Source: Octopus vulgaris
Lineage: Eukaryota
Length of the DNA: 64,000 nucleotides
NCBI GenBank assembly: GCA_951406725.2
Contig: OX597834.1
Coordinates: 38,812,001 to 38,876,000 of the forward strand
Reading direction: 5' to 3'
Shown here: one piece after another, positions 42,709-58,402 of the stretch
Layout of the letters: each line of letters starts with the position of its first letter
Position numbering within the stretch: the stretch's first letter is position 1
Position numbers and translations under genes: made by a program
Notes under the pieces: generated by a model
Told to the model about the DNA's origin: nothing
Database searches by the model: none
What the model saw: the letters and a program-made list of their open reading frames with translations, nothing else

Positions 42709-42899
42709 CCACACACACACACACACAGCAGAAATTCCCGATCTTTAAAATCTGCGAACGACGCTGTGATTTTGGTCTAATGCTGTTGTGATCTTGGCAA
42801 TGATAAAGTGTTTATCTTTTGGTAATTTCGTCTGAGTGTGTGATTATGTTTGTACAACGTAGGTTTTATCTTCTCTTTTTTTATATATATAATGTGATA

Positions 42900-43462
42900 T
42901 GATGTCAGGTTAAAGTACTAAGTGACATGGTGTTATGTTAAGATACTGTCACGGTGACCTGATGTAACTTAAAAGTACTGTCACAGTGACCTGGTGTAAC
43001 GCTACAGAAACATCTCAGTGATACGCTTTCATGTTAAAGTGCGTCTGTGTCATATAGAGTTCCGTCTTAAAGTACGCTTCGAGTGGCATGCAGTTTTATT
43101 TTAAAGTACTCCTCGAGTGACATACAGTTTTATTTTAAAGTACTCTCCGAGTGACATGGAGCTTTGTTTTAAAGTACTCTCAGAGTGACTTGGAGTTCTG
43201 TTCGACAGTACTCTTCGAGAGACATGCAGTTTTGTTTTTAAGTACTCTTAGAGTGACATGGAGTTCCGTTTTAAAGTAGTCTTCGAGTAACATGCAGTTT
43301 TATTTCAAAGTACTCTCCAGGAGACATGGAATTTTATATTAAGATATTCTCCGAGTGACATGGAGTTCTGTTTTAAAGTACTCTCTAAGTGACACGGAGT
43401 TTCGTTTTGAAGTATTCTTCGAGTGACACGGAGTTTTATCTTAAAGTACTCTGCGAGTGACA
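42900..43462. repeat. 34-bp minisatellite GAGTGACATGGAGTTTTGTTTTAAAGTACTCTTC, 12+ copies
   Basis: GAGTG(A/G)CA anchors at ~43081, 43115, 43149 ... 43421, 43455. Confidence 0.93.
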
Positions 43463-43575
43463 TATATATACATGCATACATTCATATATATGTGTGTGTG
43501 TGTAATCTACTCATATATATTATGCATTTCCCCTCGTTTGTGAAACAAAGAAATGTCTCTGTGTGTGTATATATA

Positions 43576-43606
<31 letters not shown>

Positions 43607-43856
43607 ACATATATGCATCCATTTATGTTTATATATATGTACGAATGTATTTATGTGTGCATGTAGATAGAAATGGATAGACAGACAGACAGACAGACAC
43701 ACAAAGAGATAAAGCAATCGATAGATGGATAGATAGTCAGACAGACAGACAAACAGATAGAGAGACAAACAGACAGACAAACTGATAGATCAACAGATAG
43801 ACAAACAGTAAGATAGATGGATGGATAGATAGACAAACAGATAGATAGGTGGATGT

Positions 43857-43921
<65 letters not shown>

Positions 43922-44161
43922 CAGATAGATAGATAGATAGATAGTCAGACAGACAGACAGACAGACAAACAGACAAATAAATAGACAGACAGACAGATAG
44001 ATTGATAAATAGATACGATTCTCCCCTCTTTAATTGCAAATTCACAACCTGAGGCAAATCACGTGTGATGTCTTTATATGTACACACACGCACATACACA
44101 CGCACACACACACGCACACACACGCACGCACACACACACGCACACGCACACACACACGCAC

Positions 44162-44211
<50 letters not shown>

Positions 44212-44336
44212 CGTCTCCCGAGCAACAGTGGTTGTTCTTTGGTAAGTATCTGTTTTCATCTGAGATCGAATTACACAAAAGATTTTTTTTCAGTTTTCTT
44301 TTTATGTTTTTTGTAGTTTTTCTTCTACTTATTCTT

Positions 44337-44383
<47 letters not shown>

Positions 44384-44710
44384 TTCGAAATATAGTCAAG
44401 ATTAATCGTGCTTCGATCACAGAAATCTTGGAAAGAAAATTTAAGATAAACAGACATCCCCCCCACCCTCACCAAAAAAAATACTTTATCTTCTGTTGTT
44501 TTTATTATCGTTCTTGTTCTTCTTGCCGTTGCTGTTGCAGTTACTATAATTTTCAGTATTGTTGCTATTGTTGTTATTGCTGTTACTGGCGCTAGTGTTA
44601 GTACAATTATTACTCGTTGTTGTTGTTGTTGTTGTTGATGTTGTTTGGTTGTTTTCCCGTTGTGTGATGCGGTGCGGTCTGTATGGCAAACGGCATTGTG
44701 TGTTGAGGTA

Positions 44711-45140
44711 TGGTGAAGTGTGGTCGACCGAAACGTCATGTTATGTACTGTACCGTTATTACTATTGCTACTGTTCCTATTGTTGCTGTTAATGTTCTGT
44801 TGTTTGTTTTTTTTTACTTTTGTTTTCCTCTTAATTACAAATCCAGCATTTCACCTGGTGAAGTGTGGTCGACCGAAACGTCATGTTATGTACTGTACCG
44901 TTATTACTATTGCTACTGTTCCTATTGTTGCTGTTAATGTTCTGTTGTTTGTTTTTTACTTTTGTTTTCCTCTTAATTACAACCCCAGCATTTCACCTGG
45001 TGAAGTGTGGTCGACCGAAACGTCATGTTATGTACTGTACCGTTATTACTATTGCTACTATTCCTATTGTTGCTGTTAATGTTCTGTTGTTTGTTTTTTA
45101 CTTTTGTTTTCCTCTTAATTACAAATCCAGCATTTCACCT
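44711..45140 (+). repeat. Three near-identical 142-145-bp tandem units with hammerhead-like motif
   Basis: Units start at 44711, 44856, 44998; junction reads cac CTGGTGA agtgtggtcgacc GAAA cg TC atg. Confidence 0.95.
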
Positions 45141-45487
45141 AGAAGCATTGATATCTATTTGTTTGTGTTTTTTTTTCCTTTCTGCTCCAAGTGATTGCTA
45201 TTACAAACCAGGGGTACGGAAAAGCTTACCATAATACCGTAAATCAGAAAATGTCGGTAACCGGAGCCAGGGGAAGAAAGGAAATGCCGCGAAGACCGAA
45301 TATTGTTTATTTTAAAAGTAAACAATACCGAATGCTATGAAGGATGTTCTCCCCGACCCCGTTTACTATTCTGCTTCCAAGTAAATTATTCAATTAATGA
45401 CTTAATTAATTTTGAACTGTGCTAATTAACTAGTAAATTAGATTGTAACTTCTGAGTTACAGTAATGTGTGTGTGTATGTTATATCA

Positions 45488-45601
<114 letters not shown>

Positions 45602-45659
45602 CATTATTATTATTATTATTTTTATAATGGGAAAATAAAAGAATATATATAATTGTATG

Positions 45660-45711
<52 letters not shown>

Positions 45712-45779
45712 ATTATGTTCTTACTCTCTTTATTTTTTTCTCTGATTGACCGCAAAATCCGCAAGTTTTTTTTTAAAAT

Positions 45780-45928
45780 TCTCTCTCTCTTTATTTTCTT
45801 CTATTCCTTTCTATTGAAGAACTTAGGCTCGAAACGTAAAAGACTTTCTCACCTTCCCGAGCGTCAAACTGATACACCTGCTTGTTGTTTATGCACCTGT
45901 CTTCATCTTTTGTTTTTCTGTAAATTTC

Positions 45929-45931
<3 letters not shown>
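45780..45931 (+). mobile_element. Penelope-like pLTR fragment with variant hammerhead-like motif (45807-45842)
   Basis: cttt CTATTGA a gaac-ttag-gctc GAAA cg TA aaag; homologous to 60083-60250. Confidence 0.6.
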
Positions 45932-46009
<78 letters not shown>

Positions 46010-46011
<2 letters not shown>

Positions 46012-46069
46012 GTGCCCCAGCATGGCCACAGCTCATGAGCTGAAACTAGAATCAATCAATCAATCAATC
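46010..46069 (+). mobile_element. Tail-only CR1-type 3' end with (AATC)n tail
   Basis: TGGTGCCCCAGCATGGCCACAGCTCATGAGCTGAAACTAG(AATC)n. Confidence 0.75.
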
Positions 46070-46141
46070 ATAAGAATTTTTTGCGTAATAAGATAAAAAA
46101 ACCAAGGCTGTGTAGATATTAGAACATTTATAGATAGAAGG

Positions 46142-46191
46142 TCTTACAGCCGTTTCTGGGATATATATTAATTATATCGTATCATCGGAGA
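46142..46191 (-). ncRNA. Type-I hammerhead-like motif (CCGATGA variant) in PLE remnant
   Basis: tct CCGATGA tacgatata-attaata-tatatccca GAAA cggctg TA aga. Confidence 0.5.
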
Positions 46192-46278
46192 AGGTGTGAG
46201 AGGATAGTTAAGTCATAGTTAGTTTAGATGTAATACGTCTAATTTATATCACATATATATATATACACACACACATAA

Positions 46279-46365
<87 letters not shown>

Positions 46366-46543
46366 CATACACACACACATGATATAGTATATATTGATGA
46401 CATTATAATCCAAGCTTCATAAAAGATATTTGCGTAATCCAGCTATGAATTGTATGTATATAGATGTTTTAGTTCTTATGTAAAAGAAGAATTGTAACAA
46501 CAGAAATCAAAATAGCACCATACAGTCCCGTTTTTTCTTTTAC

Positions 46544-46616
<73 letters not shown>

Positions 46617-46837
46617 GAAAAGAACCTATGTATTAATAGAAGCACAATAGCAAACACATTTTTAGTCTCTCTAAGAGATGCAAATACTGAGGTTAGATTA
46701 CTTGTTATCGTTCTCCTCGGTGGTCGAAAAGATTAGATCGATATGACTAGACAAGCCAGTTTAGTTCCATCTTCATCCATATTTGTTTATAATATAAATA
46801 GCTTACAATTCTCTCTTGATCAGGAAAATGATTAACT

Positions 46838-46880
46838 GATTTCTGATGAAGCTGTAATAAATGCTGAAACTAGTCAGATC
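46838..46880 (+). ncRNA. Minimal type-I hammerhead ribozyme, canonical core
   Basis: gattt CTGATGA agc-tgtaataaat-gct GAAA ctag TC agatc: stem I 5 bp, stem II 3 bp, palindromic ACTAGT stem III, GUC site. Confidence 0.8.
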
Positions 46881-47014
46881 GATCTCTTTTGTTAATGCAA
46901 CAAGGAGAAAAAAAATCCCAGTAATTTAACTGCCGAAGCTACATTAGACAGCGATGTTAAAACATTGGGTTTTCTATAAATACTCAGCCTCAAGTTTCTT
47001 TACAAGTCTATTCA

Positions 47015-47179
47015 GGCGTAGGAGTGGCTGTGTGGTAAGTGGCTTGCTTACCAACCACATGGTTCTGGTTTCAGTCCCACTGCGTGGCACCTTGGGCAAG
47101 TGTCTTCTACTATAGTTTTGGGTCGACCAAAGCCTTGTGAGTGGATTTGATAGACGGAAACTGAAAGAAGCCCGACGTA

Positions 47180-47251
<72 letters not shown>

Positions 47252-47478
47252 TGCTTGTGTGTGTTTGTGGGTCTGTGTTGTCCCCTTACCCCCAACATCG
47301 CTTGACAACCGATGCTGGTGTGTTTACGTCCTCGTAACTTAGCGGTTCGGCAAAAGAGACCGATAGAATAAGTACTAGGCTAACAAATAATAAGTCCTGG
47401 GGTCGATTTGCTCGACTAAAGGCGGTGCTCCAGCATGGCCGCAGTCAAATGACTGAAACAAGTAAGAGAGTAAAATAG
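47015..47478 (+). mobile_element. SINE family A, full length, young-looking
   Basis: GGCGTAGGAGTGGCTGTGTGGTAAG head through CAGTCAAATGACTGAAACAAGTAA tail. Confidence 0.95.
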
Positions 47479-47654
47479 TATGTATATATATAATGCACTA
47501 TGTAAAATATAGATATACAATATAAATCTAGTATATAGACTATAAGACATAGACTATAAGACACACACACTTACAGACAGACAGCTTGGTGGACAGGCAG
47601 GCAGGCAGACAAACAGACAGAGACAGGCAGACAAACAGAAACACAGACAAAGAC

Positions 47655-48060
47655 AGCGAGCTGGTTGAACGTTAGGACCCCGGGCGAAATGCTTAGCGAT
47701 ATTTCGTCTGCCGCTACGTTCTGAGTTCAAATTCCGCCGAGGTCGACTTTGCCTTTCATCCTTTCGGGGTCGATTAAATAAGTTACGCACTGGGGTCGAT
47801 GTAATCGACTTAATGCGTTTGCCTGTCCTTGTTTGTCCCCTCTGTGTTTAGCCCCTTGTGGGTAGTAAAGAAATAGGTATTTCGTCTGCCGCTACGTTCT
47901 GAGTTCAAATTCCGCCGAGGTCGATTTTGCCTTTCATCCTTTCGAGGTCGATTAAATAAGTACCAGTTACGCACTGGGGTCGATGTAATCGACTTAATGC
48001 GTTTGCCTGTCCTTGTATGTCCCCTCTATGTTTAGCCCCCTTGTGGGCAATAAAGAAATA
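47655..48060 (+). mobile_element. SINE family C dimer (one head, two bodies)
   Basis: Junction AAGAAATA|GGTATTTCGTCTGCC at ~47876. Confidence 0.93.
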
Positions 48061-48947
48061 CGAAACACAGACAGACACGAATAAAACAAAGGTTCTATGT
48101 AGAATGTAGACATGCAATAGAGAAAGAGTTTTCGACAAGATTCTTATCTTTATTGTCCAAATCATGCTGTGTCATGTTATGAGTTCAAATAATGTGTTAA
48201 TTATTCTGAGGACTCCAGCACCACAGCTGGATGACCTAAATCTGTCAGTCTTCTTTTTAATTGGTTGTTTATGCTGGCCAGATGGTTAGTGGTATGTTCC
48301 AGTAAACATGGTATCTAGTTCACGTAGACACATACACACACAGACACACACGCACGCACACACACAGATATACATACGTATATACGTGTGTGCGTGCGTA
48401 GATACATATATATAGGCACATTTACACGTGTATAGAACACAAATACAAATATTTACCGAAACATACTTTCGTGTACACTTCGTTTGTTTCTGTTTGACCT
48501 AAAACTCTAGATATGTGTAACATCTGTATGGCGAAGAATCAGTCTGGCACGATTGTTGTCTGTCTTTTATTACTGAAAGGTGGAAATAGAATTCTGCCGA
48601 GTTCTGTTACCATAGCAGATTGAAAGACGGCGGAAAATATAGAAACGAAAGATAAGGTCCTTTACAAATGGTTAAGTATACCTCGGATTGTTCTTTCTAC
48701 TTTTGTTTTCCAAGTGATCAATTCTATTCTGGAAATATTCTCGATTACAGCAAACCAGTTCGGTAATAACGAATTACCTACCTACAAACGATAAATGACT
48801 GAACCAATGAGGAAAAAAAACTGACAAAGGAATTCTTCATTCAAGGATAATAGTCGGAAAATAGCGAAGAACATAAAAGCAACGGAATGTCTGGCGTGAA
48901 GAAGAGTAAAATAATTCTTCCTTATACATATACATATATATAATATA

Positions 48948-49057
<110 letters not shown>

Positions 49058-49118
49058 TAGATAGATAGATAGATAGATACATAGATACATTTATATATAT
49101 ATAGCATATATATATAGC

Positions 49119-49150
<32 letters not shown>

Positions 49151-49156
49151 ATATAT

Positions 49157-49201
<45 letters not shown>

Positions 49202-49278
49202 CATATATATATGTATATATATATACATATATATATATGTATATATATATATATACATATATATATGTATATATATAT

Positions 49279-49355
<77 letters not shown>

Positions 49356-50246
49356 GTGTGTGTGTATGTATATATATATATATAATGTGCTGTGTCATTA
49401 TTAGCTGGCAATGTGAGACGTTCGAGTGAACACTTGAAAAACAAACTCGTAAACATCGACGTTAGAAACAAGAATATAAGTGAAGTACCATTGACATATA
49501 TTTTTTCACGTCAGCGACGACATCGACCAATTTCTCTCATTTATTTCATTACACATCAGAATATGAGTGTCAGAATATGGTCGGTGGACAAACACCTACA
49601 TATTCAAAGCGTACGTTCCGGAATAGATTCAAGAAATAAATATTTATAGACAGCTAGGTAATACATCGAATGAGTAGGTGACGGGTTGCTTATAAAACTA
49701 CTCGTCGACTGGTGAACGTAAGACCAGAAACTCTATAGAATTGTATTATTGTATTATATACACTTTAGAAGACTCTTGGAAAGGAGAGAAAAAAAAAGCT
49801 TCTCTTCGATATCTTGTGCAGGTTGAGAAATGACGCAAGAATGGAAGAGAAAAGTGTCTTATGCTTGTTCAGTTACTTAAAAGGATTTTGTCTTTATCAT
49901 TCCAATTACAATTATCGGAAGAATATCAGACGCAAAAGACGCCTGTAAGCCAGAACAGTAGGATGGAAAGAGTCGGTTATATCAAAAGATTGCAGACAGA
50001 CGTTCTGGCACTCGGTCTCATCATACAGCCTAAATATGTCTGCAAGATAATGCTTCTTCACTCGACATGATGTCATATCATCAAACGCAGAATTCGATTC
50101 CATACACAGAGACTAAAAGTTCCACACATATCAATTTGCAAAGCGTGTGATGCACAGAATGTGTAATATTTCACAATAGGGCTGTTCAGACCCAGGGTTG
50201 ACCTGGGTCACGAGATTCATTATGTCTCTTCCTCGAAACAGTAATG

Positions 50247-50488
50247 CAGTAATCTCTCAACTATCACGGGTATTACGTTCCAAAACCCCACCGCGATAGG
50301 GGAAAATCCGCGAAGTACAAACAGTTCTGTACTGTATATATTTTTTTTAAAACCATTTTTGTAATTTGTATATATCTATTTTATTATAAATGCAAAACAG
50401 CATCACAAAGGAATCGACATAAGTTCAAATAATAAACCGCGATAGGTGAACAGCGATAACTGAGCCGCGATATGGCGAGGGATTAATG
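50247..50488. mobile_element. pogo/Tigger-like MITE
   Basis: CAGTAATCTCTCAACTATCACGG ... CCGCGATATGGCGAGGGATTAATG|TA; repeated CCGCGATA subterminal motifs. Confidence 0.7.
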
Positions 50489-50569
50489 TATAATGTTATG
50501 AAACGCCATTTATTGTATAAGGTTGAAAATGGAGTCAAATTGGATATAAGGAGGGAGTTCAATATTGGA

Positions 50570-50950
50570 AGCACTCCGTCGGTTACGACGATGAGGGTTC
50601 CGGTTGATCCGAATCAACGGAACAGCCTGCTCATGAAATTAACGTGTAAGTGGCTGAGCACTCCACAGACACGTGCACCCTTAACGTAGTTCTCGGGGAT
50701 ATTTAGCGTGACACAGAGAGTGACAAGGCCGGCCCTTTGAAATACAGGTACAACAAAAACAGGAAGTAAGAGTGAGAGAAAGTTGTGGTGAAAGAGTACA
50801 GCAGGGATCACCACCAGCCCTGCCAGAGCCTCGTAGAGCTTTAGGTGTTTTCGCTCAATAAACACTCACAACGCCCGGTCTGGGAATCGAAACCGCGATC
50901 CTACGACCGCGAGTCCGCTGCCCTAACCACTGGGCCATTGCGCCTCCACA
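50570..50950 (-). mobile_element. Chimeric SINE: family B head/body plus family D variant-3 tail
   Basis: 50767-50950 matches 25116-25292; 50570-50752 matches 37955-38135 and 63410-63570. Confidence 0.9.
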
Positions 50951-50966
50951 GTATTCAATGAAAAAA

Positions 50967-51886
50967 CGGTCTGAATTCTGCTTTATGCATGTCCTATAAC
51001 CCCTCATAATTTTTATATTTTCTGGAATTTTCAGAAAAATTTTACAAATTTGTCTTCTACACATACGATTATGCAAAAACCAACAAAAAGATTTGTGGGC
51101 TGCGTAATCTAAAGCCTATTTAGCTGTTATTTTTAGCACCTGTCACGACCACCTCATACTGTCCTCGTTTGTTTGTCACTCTGACGTGTTGATGTTTTTC
51201 AATATCTTTCTCATTGTAAGGCGGCGAGCTGGCAGAAACGTTAGCACGCTGGGCGGAATGCTTGGCAGTATTTCGTCTGCCGCTACGTTCTGAGTTCAAA
51301 TTCCGCCGAGGTCGACTTTGCCTTTCATCCTTTCGGGGTCGATTAAATAAGTACCTGTTACGCACTGGGGTCGATATGATCGACTTAATCCGTTTGTCTG
51401 TCCTTGTTTGTCCTCTCTGTGTTAGCCTCTTGTGGGTAGTAAAGAAATGGGTATTTCGTCTGTCTTTACGTTCTGAGTTCAAATTCCGCCGAGATCGACT
51501 TTGCCTTTCATCCTTTCGAAGTCGATAAATTAAGTACCAGTTGCGTATTGGGGTCGATCTAATCGACTGGCCCCCTCCCCAAAACTTTCGGGCCTTGTGC
51601 CTAGAATAGAAAAGAGTATCTTTCTCACTATAAATACAATTAATTGTCTATTGCTGCAATTTGGACTGTTCATATTTTGAACTACGATTTTTTAAAAATT
51701 TCGAAAAATTGAACAAATTTTTTTGTTAAAAAGTACTTCAAAAAATTAAAGAACTTAAAAAATATCTTTTTTTATAGTCGTATGATTCCCTGTCTAGAAT
51801 ACAAATTCGCAAAATTTTCTGAAAATTCCAAAATATAAAAAAGTTATGAATAGTTATATGGGATGCTTAAAGCAGAATTCTACCGG
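50967..51886. mobile_element. Non-autonomous DNA transposon with ~100-bp TIRs, containing nested SINE C dimer
   Basis: GAATTCTGCTTTATGCAT...GGAATTTTCAGAAAAATTTT mirrored by AAAATTTTCTGAAAATTCC...ATGCTTAAAGCAGAATTC. Confidence 0.7.
51220..51615 (+). mobile_element. SINE family C dimer (tail 1 then tail 2) with TSD
   Basis: Flanked by TATCTTTCTCATTGTAA (51203-51219) and TATCTTTCTCACTATAA (51616-51632). Confidence 0.93.
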
Positions 51887-52974
51887 AAAACGTATGCAAT
51901 TGTAAACCCAAAAAAAGATAAATGATACTTCATACATATGCATTCTCTGCGACCATCGGAAGTGAATCGTCTGTATGCAGAGCTCTTGCTATCAGCTTCC
52001 ACTTATTTCCGCCTCTTACTGTTACATTGGTACTCCATCGTCACAGAGCTTCCCACTTCTCTGAACAAAACGCTGTGAATAAAGCAGTTGGCGATGTCCT
52101 CCCAACAAATTACCTTTCTGGGCCTCTACAAAAGTACAATGAACAAGGTTGACCATTGGACTGCCTCCGTGTAGCAGCGCACTTGCTAGTTGATGCCCGA
52201 CTGTTATCTGATGGTATAGATCTTCTGTTTGGCCGCAATAATTTTCAAGCCTTTTGATCTGGGGGACTCCTTTGCCTTATCTGTTATCCAATGTCCTGCT
52301 TCCGTCGCCTTCACCGTATCCCTGGTACGGGAGGCAAAGGGACTGTTAGCGCTCAAAGTACCACCCCAGTCCTCGGACGGAAGGGGTGACTTACTCTCCG
52401 TTTTACGGTCTGCCACTGATGTGGGTGCTACATCGTACTGTACGCAGCGCGTAGATGTTTGCAAAATATAATAAACCTAAGATGTGTGACGCAAGTTATG
52501 TAACCAGTCTTTCAGAAGTTGTTACAAAATACTTCTGAAAGCCAACGTCATAATATGAAAGCTTTTAAGGAAAGAAAACTCGTGTTAAAAATGTTGAACG
52601 AATCCAGGAAATAATTCTTCTAGAAGAATAATTTAGAATAAGACATAAAACAGAACCGGGAAGAAAGGAATATATACAACCAATAAAACACCCATAAAAC
52701 CTGAACATAACAAATATTATGCTGTGTTAAACAACAGTAATATAGACAAACTGATATCGAAGTGAGTTAACCAGCCATCATAAACGTCAATTATAAGACA
52801 CTGAAGATGCGTAAAACTGGTTGTAATTAATGGTACGCTTGTGATGGTTATACTAAATAGGTTCATAATATTATCGAAAGTTTTAGAAGTACTATTGTAA
52901 ATGTCTGAATGGGGACTGATGGACTGTCAGCCGAAAGAACAATCGTTTTTCTCTGTTCTTTATCATTTCACAGT

Positions 52975-53182
52975 GAAGGCGAGTGGTTTAGTGCTTAAGG
53001 TAATCGACTCGCGATCGTAAGGTCGTGCGTTCGATTTCCAGCAGTTCGTTGTGTCCTTGAGCAAGACTCTTTGTTTCACGTTGCTCCAGTCCACTCAGCT
53101 GGCAAAAATTAGTAGTACCTGTAATTGAAAGGGCCCAGCCTTGTCACATTCTGTGTCACACTGAATCTCCTTGGGAACTACT
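52975..53182 (+). mobile_element. SINE family D, 3'-truncated
   Basis: TTTCACGTTGCTCCAGTCCACTCAGCTGGCAAAAAT core. Confidence 0.85.
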
Positions 53183-53184
53183 GA

Positions 53185-53387
53185 AGGCACAAGGTTTTGA
53201 CATTTGGTGGGTAAGGACTAGTCGATTGCATCGACCCCATTTTTCACTGGAACTTAATTTATCGACCCCGAAAGGGGGAAAGGCAAAGTCGACCTCGGCG
53301 GAATTTGAACTCAGAACGTAACGACGGGCGAAATACGATTAAGCATTTCGTCCAGCGTGCTAACAATTCTGCCAGCTCGCCGCCTTA
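53185..53387 (-). mobile_element. SINE family C
   Basis: AAGGCAAAGTCGACCTCGGCGGAATTTGAACTCAGAACG...GCCAGCTCGCCGCCTTA. Confidence 0.92.
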
Positions 53388-53731
<344 letters not shown>

Positions 53732-53984
53732 TGATATTGATGATGACGACGAAGAAAAACATTACGGATAGCACAGGACAAAACCAAAAGAAAAATGTGT
53801 GTAGTTGTGAGGGTTTTGCGTGTAAACAAGACTTATAAAATCAAAAGAGAAAAACAAGAAAAAGAAGCAAAACGAAAAAAAAAAGGGATCAACCATGTGT
53901 AATCTTCAATAGGGAGGAGAGTTCCGAGGGCTGCTCATGGAAAGACCCCATAAAAACCATAGATACCCTGATTTTTGGGACAGA

Positions 53985-54420
53985 ATGTTTTCAAATTTTG
54001 ATACAAGGCCACCGCTTTCGAGGGAGGTGAGAAATCGATTACATCGACCCCAGCATTCGACTGGTACCTATTTTATCGACCCCGAAAGAACAAAAAAGGC
54101 AAAGTCCACCTCGGAGGAATTAGGACTCCGAAGGTAGAAAGGAATGTAAAACTGCTAAGTATTTCGCCTGATGTGCCAACGACTCTGTCTCCGTTCTTCT
54201 CAAGGGACAAGGCCTGGAATTTTGATGGGAGTTTGGGATAGCTGATTATATCGATCCCCGTGACTGACTGGTAGTTATTTTATCGAACTCCAAAAGGATG
54301 AGAGAGTCAAAAGTCGAACTCAGCAGAATTTTGATTTCTGAAAACAAAGAAGAACCAGAACGAAGACTTGCAACGCGTTTTGCCCGATACTGTAATGACT
54401 TTGCCGATATATCGAAGAAT
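53985..54420 (-). mobile_element. Two degenerate tandem SINE family C copies
   Basis: ATCGA.CCC...ACTGGTA..TATTTTATCGA twice. Confidence 0.75.
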
Positions 54421-54570
54421 TTTCGACACACATTTCCTATTGGGTCATCGATAAGCAACCATGAATCTTTCAAGGAGCAATGTTGAAAAATGTAACACTT
54501 GCTATTGCTGCATTTTGTAGGCAAAGGGGAGCTGAACCGTGTCTTATCTCAAAATAATTTATTCCTCTTT

Positions 54571-54653
<83 letters not shown>

Positions 54654-55167
54654 TAATAATGATATTGATAGATCCGTTTGTAGTATAGCATAAGATATGT
54701 GTTCTATTGATGTTTGACTAAGTGAATGAAGGGAGGAAAAAAAAAAATAAAGACTGCGATAATACAAAGATGCATTTATAAGGCAAGAGCATATGGAACC
54801 TCGGGTTAGAGAGATTGAACGTATATCATGTAAGACACAGCGATAATCAAAGATATATGCTTAAGATAAATGAGTACGGTGTCTGGTGAGGGGAGTAAGG
54901 AGCGGGGGAGAGGTGCTAGCAAGCTTTTGAAAATGTATTTGTAAACCTAAACTTAGTCTGCAGTTCTACAGACCGAGCGTATGTTATGTAGATTATGAAA
55001 TATGTACCGGGGGAAAGAAAAAATAATCGTGTTTGTATTGTAGATGTGGTTGATGTGTTGAGAGGTGAGCTGTGGTCGTTAGGAGAGGAAAAGTAAAGAG
55101 CTTTGAGTAGGGGTTAGAGAGGAAGGAAAAGGGCAAAGGAAATCAATTTGAAATTTCAAATCGGGTT

Positions 55168-57720
<2,553 letters not shown>

Positions 57721-58090
57721 TAATAGGAGGAATTACAACCGTGTTTCGTGGTCTGCTACCACCACAGCTCCTTTATAGGATCCAGTTAGCTCAAGACATC
57801 ATCAGGAGGAACCACGTCCGGTTTCGGCCCCTACTCCTCTACCGTTTCGATTTGGCGCCCCCCCCCTACTTTCGGAGGTGTCTACAGCTCTGGTGTTGGG
57901 TGCATGTCTTCTTTCTTCTGTTCCCTGGCCTCTTCGATGTAGCGTCAACGAATGTCAGCGGGCGACTAACTGACTTGTCCAATTTTTCCCTTTAAATACC
58001 TGCTGCTAGGCTCCAGCAAGCAGCCCCAGCTAGTTGTCACGTGACACTGTCTCAACTTTAACTGACCAATGAGGGCGCGTAGTCTTAACC
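57721..58090 (-). mobile_element. Possible Penelope-like pLTR
   Basis: GC-rich island after (TA)n; minus strand ATTGGTC, GTCACGTGAC, TATTTAAA, then CTGATGA ... GAAACAC with a long insert. Confidence 0.35.
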
Positions 58091-58149
58091 CACGCATTCT
58101 CTAAACGACTGTCACCTGTTAGTCTGCGAAGCTAAATCAGTGTCAACTT

Positions 58150-58402
58150 GTCTCACCTAGTGATCTTATTTCCCGCCGGCATGTTATGACTTTCAAGCCA
58201 TTTTCGGTCTTCCCACTTCAGCCATATACAGAAGCTGGCTTTTTCGACCGCCTCCTGTACTCTCCTTATTAGTTTTCGCAGCTCGGAGCTAGAAAAAACA
58301 ATTCTTCTTTTGAATAGTGTTGTCATTTTTCTTTTCATGAAGCCTCTAGCCCCCACTGCCAGGTGGTAATACTCGACACTCCATCCCTGTTCTCTGCACT
58401 CT
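58150..58402 (-). pseudogene. Restriction-like-endonuclease non-LTR retrotransposon C-terminus (HERO-like)
   Basis: ECREQGWSVEYYHLAVGARGF...VQEAVEKASFCIWLKWEDRKW resembles the HERO terminal pattern CxxxGW..VGxRGF..AEKAxxWxW. Confidence 0.75.

Noticed and set aside
42900-43462. 34-bp periodic array as CRISPR
   Set aside because: Whole unit repeats without unique spacers; eukaryotic context; no cas genes
44711-45140. 143-bp array as CRISPR or coding repeat
   Set aside because: No spacers; unit lengths 145/142 are not multiples of three
49822-49950. Acceptor-like TCTTGTGCAG|G followed by a short open frame
   Set aside because: About 40 codons, no recognisable motif and no convincing partner exon
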